Assembly: GCA_033442325.1 (NCBI GenBank)
Contig: JAWQFM010000012.1
Coordinates: 333,781-397,780, forward strand
Reading direction: 5' to 3'
Origin: Salpingoeca rosetta
Lineage: Eukaryota; Protista; Choanoflagellata
Length of the DNA stretch: 64,000 nt
Part shown: positions 1 through 15,653 of the stretch, piece after piece
Layout: every line of letters begins with the position of its first letter
Numbering within the stretch: the stretch's first letter is position 1
The notes under the pieces: model-generated
What the model was told of the DNA's origin: nothing
Seen by the model: only the letters and a program-made list of their open reading frames with translations
Databases searched by the model: none
Translations under genes and position numbers: made by a program

Positions 1-148
1 CCCTGTCTGGGTGGTGTGGTGTGGGGTGTGTGTTGTCAATGCCCATGTGCCGCCGCACCCTTTATGCGGGATTTTTCATGCACATTTTCATTGACCAGCT
101 TTCATTTTCATTGCTTGGGTGATCCGCCCCCCCCCCCCATCCTCATAG

Positions 149-1627
<1,479 letters not shown>

Positions 1628-1778
1628 CATGAATCATGCGCACAATGCGCTTCTTGTCCCATCATACATGCATGCGCTGATCGCTTGGTCACACTCGTCT
1701 TGCTTCTTGAATGATGAGGTGAGATGTGAGATGTGACACAACCATAAACGACACACCAACAAAACACCACGTGTCACG

Positions 1779-2257
1779 ATGCGAGTGGGCATTGTTGGTG
1801 GCGGGATTGCGGGCGTCACTGCTCTGCGCAGCCTGCAGCGCCGCGGCGTCCAGGCGACCTTGTTTGAAGCGAGGAGCAGCGTTATGGAAGGGGTGGACCG
1901 CGGTCTTGGCATCTGGCCCACCGCGTGGAAGCAGCTCATCGCCGATAACGGCAGCGGCTTGCAGGAACAAGTTTCGCAGTGGCCGTCAGTGCCTCCTGCG
2001 TCGTACCGAACGCGAGATGGCGCGTGGCTCTCCGCACCGAGCAAGGACACTGCACGAGACTACGAGGTCAAGGTCACAACACGCCACACCTTGCTCCACG
2101 CCTTGTTACAGGACACAGACCAGTCTGCTATCCACTGCAACGTCCAAGTCGCCCGCATCTCAAACACTGGTGCGCCCTACTGTTGTATGTGTGTGTGTCT
2201 GTCTGTGTGTATGTGTTTGTGTCTGCGTGCGTGTGAGCGTCTGTGTGTGCGTGTACG

Positions 2258-2298
<41 letters not shown>

Positions 2299-3037
2299 CT
2301 GTTGGCTCCCTCGAGTTGAGTGTCTTGTATCTTTTCCATCCCACCATCACCACCACCACCATCATCACCGTCTCCTCCGCTCCCTTCTCCCTGTGCGTGC
2401 GTTCATGTCGCAGATGGCCCCACGAAGGTGCTGGATGCTGCAACTGGTGCTGAGCTGGGCTGCTTTGATGCCGTGCTCATGAGTGGAATGGCGCCGGATA
2501 CCGCGCCTGTCCCCGTGCACTCACTCTCGTTCATTGTGCCCATGCAGCTGCGCGCGTCAGCTCCTTTCGAAACCTTGAGTGGCGGCCGTCGCTTCGCCGG
2601 TGTGCCCTTGAACAGCTCTCGCTGCTTCATTTTCGCCACGTGTTCCACAAGCGACACACTGCACACCATTGACGATGTCGCCCGCCTCTACAGCACGTGG
2701 CACGATCCCATCCCAGAGCTAATTGCCTGTGCACGTGATGCACACGTGCAGCCGCTGTACGAGCGTGCGCGCGTGTCCAAACTAAAGCGTTCTGCAGACG
2801 GAGTTGTTGCCTACATCGGCGACGCTGCCCATTGCATGCAGCACAACCTCGCCCAAGGCGCCTCCCTTGCCATCGAGGTGTGCATGTGTGCGTATGTGCA
2901 TGTGTGCGAATCGCTGTGAGTGCATGGCATGCTGTGTGTACGTATGGGTGCGTGCATGTGCTGTGTGTTTGTTTACATATGTTGTGCGTGCGCATGTGTT
3001 GACGAGTGCTTACAACTGCCAATGCGCCCCCCCCCAT

Positions 3038-3130
<93 letters not shown>

Positions 3131-3393
3131 ATGCACTGTATGTGGCCCACGTTCTGTCGAATGTGCCATCATCACCTACTGCCGTTGCGCGAGCACTCGA
3201 GGACTACAGCACGCACAGGCAGGCCCGCTTCCACGCCTGTCGCCGCGTGACTGCATTCACTCACCTCCTCGCCGCCATGGGCGGGCGGTGGGAGGAGCGA
3301 CGCAACAAGCTGTTCCTCGCTCTGCCACACGCCCTCAACTCCCGCTGCTTCGACGCCTTCCTCAAAGCAAGCTTCGGGCACATGTTTGCATAG
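1779..3393 (+). CDS. FAD-dependent monooxygenase (UbiH/salicylate hydroxylase-like), 3 exons
   Basis: N-terminal MRVGIVGGGIAG (GxGxxG) with LFEAR. The GD motif IGDAAHCMQHNLAQGASLAIE|DA spans the intron. Exons ~1779-2169, 2414-2877, 3130-3393. Confidence 0.85.
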
Positions 3394-3577
3394 CACCATG
3401 CAAACACACAAACACACAAGCACACATGGCTTCAGGTGCTTGTTCATGTCATCGCGCGCAGTGTGTTGGGCTGGGGAGTGGATCGTGTATTGGTCGTTTA
3501 CATTGCTTGGTTGACCACACGAGAGTAAGTTAAAGAGGGCACTTATGTTGACTTTGACGAAAGAGCAACACAGTGGA

Positions 3578-3683
<106 letters not shown>

Positions 3684-3718
3684 CCCGTTGGTGGGTGGCA
3701 CCTCCTCCGTCCGCCACG

Positions 3719-5351
3719 TTACGATGGGTGCTTGTGATAGTGTGTGTGCAAGTGCTGCAGCAACTGCGCTGCATATCGCCCAAACACAGACGTCGATCCG
3801 TGGAATCGGACGGCACCATCAAGCATCTGCAGCCACGAAGCAGCAGCACATGAGGTGGCCCGTGAGGAGGATGATGGTGGAAATCATGAGTGAAACACGC
3901 AACAAGACAACAGCATCACCAACACCACCACCAGCGACAACAGCAAGTTTCAAACGCACCTTGTCCATGTCCTCCTGCAGCTCTTCACGTGATGCGTATG
4001 CGCCTGCATCGAGCTTGCGCCTGATGGCAACCATGTCTGCGGGCGTGTCTGCGTATGCCGTTTGGATCTCCGGCACCACCGCCATGTCCAGCGGATGCAT
4101 GAATGGCCACATCAAAGGGTGCAGCCGCATGTACGCGTACAGCCCCTCCTTTGTGCCATCATCCACCGCTGCCCCCCACGCGTCATCTCCGACCCCGTTG
4201 TCTTCGGAACTGTCCCTGGCATCTGCGTCTCCATCGTCATCCTCTCGTATGCGCACGCTCCCATTATCATTGTGCGCGTGCTCTGGCTGCACTGCATTGC
4301 TTTGCTCCTCCGTGGTCGCCTCCTTGACCATGGCTTGCGCCTGCGCAGGTTCGTCACACGAATCACACATGGCGGGCGTCAGTTGTGCGTGTGTGAGTGT
4401 GTGTGTGTGTGAGAGCGAAAGAGTGAGACAGAGACACAGAGAGAGAGTGTGTGTGTGTGTGTGCAGAAGGGTGGGCCAAAGACAGATGTAAATGGACAAG
4501 CTTGTGTGCACAGTTGCTGCGCGCTTCCACCACCACCCACCACCACCACCACCACCGCAATCGTACGTCGTGGAGGAGAGAGGCGATGGCTGTCGGGGAG
4601 AGGTCGCGAGCAGCTGCGTCGTGTTGCCGCTTCAAATCCGACAACACCCGATCCAACTCATCATCGTCATCTCCACCGCCATTGTCGTTGTCGCTATCAC
4701 CAGCACCATCACCGCTGTCGTCGTCACCACGTTTGTGTGTGCTCCTGTGATGAGAACAGAACCAACATGACAAAGAGGGTCAGCCAACGAGGGAATGCAA
4801 TGACCACTCCCTCCAATAACAAACGATGGAGGGGGAGTTGGGACGATATGGTGGTACAAGCGTACATCTATCTGTGTGCTGTTGTAAACGTTGCGTCTCT
4901 TCTCGTAACCCCCTGTACCACCAACCACACACCATCACAGCTGTTGATGCATGCCCCTATTCCCACCACACACAATGTGATGGCACTCACTTTTCCTCCT
5001 CTGCAGCCACGAGATCGCGCGCCAACGCGTCCAGCCGCCGGTCCTCCTCATCACCGTCATCGTCGTCGTCGGCCTCTAAGGAGAGCTGGTCCTTTGCCTC
5101 TTGCAGCAGCATGTCCGCCAGCTCGTCATCACTCATCCCCTCTGCCTGCTGCGGCCACGAGGGCGCGCGACACCCGGCCGCGTCTGCCGCATGTGTGTAC
5201 AGCGGGCGCCCCGTCACGGCCTCGAATCGCCGCATCAGCTCTGCCCGGGACGCGGGCTTTCGAGGATCAGCACTGATGGTCATGGGGGTGGTGGTGACAG
5301 CGGTCAAAGAAACCCGCACCATTCAACGTTAGCTGACTAGGCGCCCATCCA

Positions 5352-5432
<81 letters not shown>

Positions 5433-6670
5433 ATGCACACTTACCCGAAGATGGCTTCATACTTCTGTGCCAAACGCGCGGGCGTGATGCTGTGAGGATC
5501 GACTGCTTGCTGCTTCCCAAACACCTGCGCATGTTTTGCTCGCAGAGTTGAGAGGGAGTAGTTCTCTTCTTGTTGCCTTTGTTTGTCTTCTTTGCCTTCC
5601 TCATTGGGGCGGGTTGAGGGCGTGTCTTGGTCAGTGCTGCGTTTGGTGGAATTGCTCTCTGCGGGATTGGTATCCGCTGTTACATCGTCGTTTGGATTTG
5701 TTGGTTTGGGCATGGACGGTTCCTCTGTTGGCACAGAGAGGGCCCGCAGCGCTGCTGTGATGTCGTCGTGCTGGGAACCACTGGTTGTGGCCCCAGCCAC
5801 TTGTTGATGTGACGGCCGAGTTGCTGGAATACCACCATCGCCTCCAACAGCTATGCCCTCTGTGCCGTGGACGCTGTGTTGCTGATCACGCTGCTGTGGA
5901 TGCTGCGGTTCTTCATATTGAGCTGCCAGCCAACGCGGCAGTCCCCGCTCATCAGCATGCACCGGCACTGACTCCGGGTACTCGGCCACGCGAACTTCTT
6001 CCTCCTGAACTGTGTAGTGGCCGCGGCATGGCACATACTCGAGGGTGAAACAAAACAGCAGCACACGGAGCAGCATCATCAAACAACATGCACAGCAGCA
6101 AGAACAACAGAAATATGCAACTACCAACAAGTGACATACATGCAGCGCATGCTGCATGGATGTAGGGGAAACACTACTTGCACACCAACCTTCCGGGAAG
6201 ACCTGTTGTCGATACCATCGAGGCAGATGCTCAATCTCAGAGTACTGTGGGGGAGGCCCTTCTGGTGGATGCACATTTGCCACTGGCGGCTGCCGATGCG
6301 CCAAGTGCTGCTGCTGCTGCTGCTGCTGGTCTTGCCCTGGCTGTTGTTGTTGGTGCTGTTGCTGCGATTGTTGTTGTTGTTGTTGTTGCCGTGTCTCCAG
6401 CTCATGGAGAATGTCGACGCAGGGCCTACACACACGGACATGTTTCTCGTGGCCTGCAAGCTTCACTTTGGCAGACGAGCATTTGCTGCACACAAACCGG
6501 CCACATCGCCGGCAGTGGTCCTGTAAGCACAAAGAGAGAAAAGTGTGTGTTTGTGTGTTAGTGTGAGTGAGTGTGTGTGTGAGCGAGCGAACACGTGCAA
6601 TGCAATGCATACGATCGTGGAGCTGCTAATGCAACTGTTGAGACACACACACACACACACACACACACGT

Positions 6671-6740
<70 letters not shown>

Positions 6741-6792
6741 CCTTGTTGAAGAGGCCAAACTTGGCCATGCAAACCGAGCAGTGATGCGTCAT
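3719..6792 (-). CDS. ZFYVE19/ANCHR-like N-terminal FYVE protein with C-terminal atypical bromodomain (multi-exon)
   Basis: Starts MTHHCSVCMAKFGLFNKE|DHCRRCGRFVCSKCS...RVCRPC, a FYVE domain at the extreme N-terminus without WxxD, as in ZFYVE19. Phase-compatible GT-AG junctions link through YEAIFG|ADPRKP, EEEK|STHKRG and LLHD|AQAMVK to MRLHPLMWPFMHPLD...PADMVAIRRKLDAGAYASREELQEDMDK|MLDGAVRFHGSTSVFGRYAAQL (bromodomain pattern). Stop TAA at 3719-3721. Confidence 0.7.
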
Positions 6793-6929
6793 ATCCCTCA
6801 CTCGACAGCAAAAACTGCACAGCACCCGCGTGTTGTTATTGTGGCATTTCCGCGAGCCAGCCAACCAGCCAGCCAGCGAGCGAGCGAGCGAGCGAGCAGT
6901 GTCACGACGTTACAGCGGCGATCGTCACC

Positions 6930-10208
<3,279 letters not shown>

Positions 10209-10279
10209 TGCCATGATGCGTTGCACTGATTGGCTGCCGTCGCCAATATGACTTGTTCTGCCTGCCTGCCTGTCTGGGC

Positions 10280-10376
<97 letters not shown>
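10280..10376 (+). repeat. (GTT)n microsatellite downstream of OXA1
   Basis: Direct reading of the sequence. Confidence 0.95.
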
Positions 10377-10377
<1 letters not shown>

Positions 10378-10412
10378 GTTGAGACACGACAGGTGTGTGT
10401 GTGTGTGTTTAC

Positions 10413-10914
10413 TGTAGACAAACGCAACAAACAAGAACACAAGGAGAATGAACAAGCACAACAAGCGGCTGCCAAATCAACTCGGGCAGCACGCTCAAAC
10501 AACCACAAGACAAGTGCACACACAGTCAACAACGCTAGAGTGTGCACGAACACAAGCAATCTAAACAATGAGCAGCATGCATACATGCGCGCAGAGCAAT
10601 GCTAGGCATGGCATGAATGCTTGCAGGCAAGCATACACAACAGACAACACTTTACAACACTGCATGGCACGCACACATAGCATTTGCCAAGCATGGCGAG
10701 CATGCACACACACCAATGGCACACAACTCACGTGTGTAGGGGAAGGAGGAGAGGAGAGGCAGTTGGCACACATGCATGCCAGCAGAGAGGAAGGAATGTT
10801 TGCCAACGGAAAAACCACAAAGCAGGTGTTGTTGGCAAACAAGACAAAACCACGACATGAGAAGGCAAATTAGGAAGGACTCAACACAAAACAGAAACTC
10901 ACTGACTCTCAACA
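10413..10914 (-). repeat. Putative 3' LTR of the copia element (~500 bp, TGTTGA...TCTACA on minus strand)
   Basis: The 10914 boundary is defined by the PPT followed by TG. The 10413 boundary is inferred from the TGTAGA/TCTACA terminus next to a host microsatellite and is less certain. Confidence 0.6.
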
Positions 10915-13900
10915 CTCCCCCTCAACTGCCTTCCTCTGCTCCGTCTCAGCCGTCGAGGTTCCCACCAGTCGTGGAAGGTGCTGCTCGAAGGTCTGCTTGT
11001 CCAGTGCCTTGGTCAGCGCGTCGGCAACCATCTGCGTGCCGGGACAGTGCTGCAGCACAATGGTTCCGTCGGCGATGAGCTCCCGCACGAAGTGGTGGCG
11101 TACCCGGATGTGCTTCGTGCGCGGCTTGGTGACGTGGTCGTTGCCGATGGCGATGGCCGCCTGGTTATCTGTCAGCATCTTGGTGGCTCCAGCCTCGGGC
11201 TCGTCGAGGTCCATGAGCAGCTGCCGCAGGAAGACGACGTCCTGCGCTGCAGCAGAGATGGCCATGTACTCGGCCTCGGCGGTGCTCAGCGCAACCGTGG
11301 GTTGCAGCCGGCTGCTCCAAGACACAAGACAGCCGTTGATGTAGCAGGTAAAGCCCGTCGTGGAGCGGCCCGTCAGCTGGTCTGTGCCGAAGCTGGCATC
11401 GCTGTAGCACACAAGGTCCAGCGGCTGGTCCTTGCGCGTGCCGCTGCGTCGCTTGAAGAGCAGGCCGTGCTCGCTCGTCGCCTTCAGGTACCGCACGACG
11501 TGCTTGGCTGCCTGCCAGTGGACCGTCGTGTAACGGTCCATGTAACGGCAGAGCAGCCCGCACGCGAAGCTGACGTCTGGTCTCGTGCGGTTGGCCAGGT
11601 ACAACAGCGAGCCGACGAGGTTGCGGAAAGGCAGGCGTCGGTCGGGCTGCTCGCTGATGCTGGAGGCGTCGATGCCAACACGCATGGGCGTGGACACGCT
11701 GGCTGCGGCTGCCAGGTTGTAGTCGTTGACGATGTCGTTGATGGCCTGTGTCTGCGCAATGTGTAACACCCCGTCAGCTGGTGACGTCAGGTGAAGACCC
11801 AGGTACCAGGTGAGCGGGCCCAGGTCCTCTGCCTCGAAGCTCTCCTTGATCTGCTGCTTGCAGGCACGGATGTGGCGCTCGCTGCTGCCGCTGATGATGA
11901 GGTCGTCGACGTACGTGATGATCCATGTGCGCTGTCCGTCGTCGTGGAGCTTGGTGAAGAGGCAAGCGTCGACGTGGCTCTGCGCCCATCCGTTGGTCTT
12001 GAGGAAGGTATGCAGCTTCTTGGCCCATGCACGGCCAGCTTGCTTGAGGCCGTAGAGCGGCTTGAGCAGCCGGCACACCTTGCCCGCGTAGCGTTGAGCG
12101 CCGTCGCCGATGTCGGTGAAGTGCGGCGGCAGCTCCATGTACAGCTCCTCCTTGAGATCAGCCTGCAGGTAAGCCGACTTGAAGTCGAGCTGGTGCAGCT
12201 GGTGCTGTCGTTGCAGGGAGACGGCGAGCACGGTGAGGATGGTCTTGGCTGCTGGTGTTGGGGCGTAGGTCTGGTCGAAGTCGATGCCCGGTCGCTGGCT
12301 GAAGCCCTTGGCGACCCAGCGTGCCTTGAAGCGCGTCGGCGCGCCCTCAGCATCACGCTTCACCTTGAAGACGAAGCGCGACTTGAGAGGCGTGTGCTGC
12401 CGTGGCACTGCGCTGCGTGGGATGAGCTTGATGACGCCGTTGCGCTCCATCGCTCCGATCTCCTCCAAGCATGCCTGAGTCCACTGCTTGCGTTGCTGGC
12501 TCTTGAGTGCCTGCTTGATGCTTGCAGGCTCCGTGAGGCTGGTGTCGCCACTGCTGCTTGCTGTGAACGCGCCTGCCTCGGTGTCGCTTGCATCTGTTGT
12601 GTCTGGATCGTAGTTGGCGTCCTTGGTGTCGCTGCTGCTGTTGGCGTCAAAGTCCGTGAGCAGGAAGTCTGTCTCGACATCATCGTCCTGCTCCTCGTCG
12701 ATGTGAACCGTTGGTGGCTCGCCGTCAGTGGTGCTGTTGCTGCTGTCACGTGCACTGGGAAGCTGGAGCATGGACGATGTCGTGGATGTCTGCACTTGCT
12801 CCTCCCCCTCATCCACGACATCAGCGGCCTTGGAGAAGGGAAGGAAGCGGACGTGGATGGAGGACACAACGGTGTTTGTGTCTTCAAAGTAGACGAGGTG
12901 GCTGTTGCTGCTGCTGTTGTAGCCGACGTAGATGCCTCGACGACCCTTGGGCTGCAGGCGACCGCGCTGTGTGCTGATGTGGACGACGGCCGGCTGCCCG
13001 AAGACGTGCAGCTGCGGCACGTGCTTGGGCAGCGAGCCCGTGACAATCTGCAGCGGTGTCTTGCCGTGGAGGGAAGGGCGAGGCATGTTGTTGAGGATGT
13101 GCAGGGCGTGGTTGCAGGCGAGACTCCAGTACGATGCGTCAAGGCCTGCACCCGTGATCATGGCTCGCACCATGTCGGAGAGGGTGCGCACCTGTCGCTC
13201 GACGATGCCGTTCTGCGCCTGGGTGTACGGCGGGGACTGCTGGTGCTGCTTCAGGTGCTTCTTGACGATGGCCTGGAAGTCAGCTCCGAGGAAGATGGCA
13301 TCGGAATCCGTCTGGAGTGCTGTTGTTGTGGGCGAGATGGGGAGCTTGGTCTCGCGCAGGAAAGACTGGAACGCGGCAACTGCGTCCTTCTTGGCGTTGA
13401 GGTGGACTGCATGTAAGAGCTTACTGCCCTCATCGACGATGACGAGGCTGCAGCGCTTGCCCGTGGGTGAGTCCGCGGTCCAGTCGACGATGTCGGCGTG
13501 GATGCGCTCGCCGGGCACCTGTGTGCGCTCCGCGTGCTTGCTGACGCTGTGACGAGTGCTCTTGGTCACTGCGCACGTTGTACACTGCTTGCTGCTGATG
13601 GCGTTGCGATCGTCGATGCCCATCAGCTTGCAGTACTGCTGCACGTCGTTGTCGTTGCGGTGGCCAAGCACCTCATGCATCGATGGTGTGTGTGCCTTGC
13701 TCTGGGCTGCAGGAGCTGCTGTGGGTTGCTGTGGTTGCTTGCAGGCATCAGCGGTGAGTCCGTGTGCCGTGGATGGACCAACAGCAACAATGGGCCAGCA
13801 CCGGAGGCTGTTGCGCTCCTTCAGCTTGACCTCGGCTCCGTGGCTGAAGCGCACGTAGTGCCCATCAGCGCCATCACGCTGCGAGTGGCCCGTTGGCCTG

Positions 13901-14884
13901 CCGCTGCTGTCCCTGGTCAGACGACCGAGGGCGATGAGGTTGGCCTGGCCCTCGGGCACGTAGAGGCACTCCTGTAGCACAATCTGCATCGTAGCTCCGC
14001 TCGTCGTGCGTGCATGCAACAGCACAGAGCCAACACCGCGCACAGGCACACGTGTGCCGCCAAACGCAGTGATGTGGCGTGGATGGTGCTGTTGCAGGTG
14101 CGGTGTCAGCTCCACGAAGGCGTCCTTGACGAAGGTGAGGTGGTGTGAAGCACCCGTGTCTGCAAGCCACGTGAGTGGGTCATGCAGCTGCGTGGGTGTA
14201 GTAGCTGTGGCAGCGACGAAGGTTGCTGCGCCTTGATCATGTTGATGCTGTGTCTGTGCAGTGAAGCCTGTTGCTCCGTTGTCGCGTTGCTTCTTGCGAC
14301 ACTCTGCTGCACGGTGTCCATACTTGCCACAGTAGTGACAGTTGCCACGGAAGCGGCGCCCTTTGCCGTTGCTGTTGCCGTTGCTGTTGCCATTGTTGCG
14401 TCCCTGGCGTCCGTGGTTGTTGCTGTTGTTGGAGAAGCCGCGTCTTCCACCTCTGCGTGGCGGTGCGCTTGCCATGAAGCCGCCTGCCTGCGGCTGTGTG
14501 CGTGAACCACGCATCTGCTGCTCCAGCTGCTGCAGCCTGATGCTGAGCTCGAGGAGGGAGGGAAAGCGGCCACTGGCAAAGTAGGGAAGCGTGAGCGGGG
14601 CTGTCCAGCGTGGCAGCTGCTTCCAGACGATGGTGAAGAGGTCCTCGTTGTCCTGGCGCACGCCTGCGTCTTGCAACTGCTGCTGCAGCTCCATGTGTCG
14701 CTCGAAGAAGCGGGCGAGGTTGCCGCAGGGGACGTGAAGCTGCGCCTCCTTGAGCTCTGCGATGCGGAGGCGGTCCTGCGAAGCGTAGTGGTCCTTGAGC
14801 CGGGCCCATCCTTGGCCGGCGTTGACGTCTGCTTCTCCGTTGGTGAAGAGGAGAAGGGGGTAGCCTGAGCCCTCTTCGGCATAC
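10909..14884 (-). CDS. copia Gag-Pol polyprotein (single open frame, gag N-terminus missing)
   Basis: CHYCGKYGHRAAEC zinc knuckle; WLADTGASHH protease; HEVLGH...CTTC and D(HADIV)-D(QTDSD)-E(NGIVER) integrase; KARWVAKGFSQ, LYGLKQ and YVDD reverse transcriptase; YSDASF, EAEY, TDNQ and ADALTK RNase H. Confidence 0.95.
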
Positions 14885-15577
14885 TGTTGGGTCACATCTC
14901 ATGTGACACAGCCTTCTTTTCTCTTTTGTTCCAACAGTATGTTCAACACCAACCTCCCAAGTTTCATTTCAGAATTCTATGCGGTGGATGGAAACCAATT
15001 GTTGTAATTCTTGACGCGGGTTCTTCGTGTGCAGTCAACAGAACTTTTGCCACTCCAATGAGAGGAGGGGTGTGTTTGTTTGTGTGAGCAATGTGAACGA
15101 TTGCTCGATCACACTCAGAGCAGCAACTGCTTCTGCATTCTCTCCAAAGCCTGGGGCTGCCTCAAGCCCAAGCCCTCTCTACACGTTGTTCCTTTGCTTG
15201 GTCTGTCTCTCTGTTCTTTGCCGCTCACAGTGCTGACATGACGAGTAGCTGCTCACTCGTTTCACGAGACGTGCTCCGCTGAAGAGACAACAAGAACAAC
15301 TACTGAGGAGCGCGGTTGGATGGAATTGTTGTATTCGCCACGTTCACGCCACCAAGCAGCTGGGTGGTCCGAGGAGAAATCAACATTGCAAACGATGGTG
15401 ACGCGACAACAAGAAGAAAACAGAAGACATTCACGGCATGTGCAACGAACGGCAAGTGGGCATGCACGGCCGACTCACCATGAGACCGTCATCAACAGCA
15501 GGAAAGGTACCACCACCAACGAACAAGAAAGAAATCATGACCACCACACAGCAAGAAAGCACCGCCACGACCACCTC

Positions 15578-15633
<56 letters not shown>

Positions 15634-15653
15634 CGAGAAGAAAGGGCTCTCCT

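Larger units (their letters stand above)
10413..14884 (-). mobile_element. Ty1/copia LTR retrotransposon, 5'-truncated (no 5' LTR or PBS seen)
   Basis: Domain order gag-PR-IN-RT-RH, which is diagnostic of copia. A polypurine tract (GAGGGGGAG) lies directly before a TG-starting 3' LTR at 10914. No second copy of the LTR was found upstream of gag. Confidence 0.9.

Noticed and set aside
3819-5322. Treating the bromodomain and the 4987-5322 ORF as independent genes
   Set aside because: Phase-compatible splice junctions and a repeat motif crossing the junction favour one gene with the FYVE exons; not fully excluded without RNA data.
11791-13416. 541-aa plus-strand ORF and other antisense ORFs over the copia pol
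   Set aside because: Antisense shadow of a GC3-rich coding frame, with no recognisable motifs.
14885-15650. Possible 5' LTR and PBS of the copia element
   Set aside because: It does not match the 10413-10914 sequence, and no tRNA-complementary PBS was seen.
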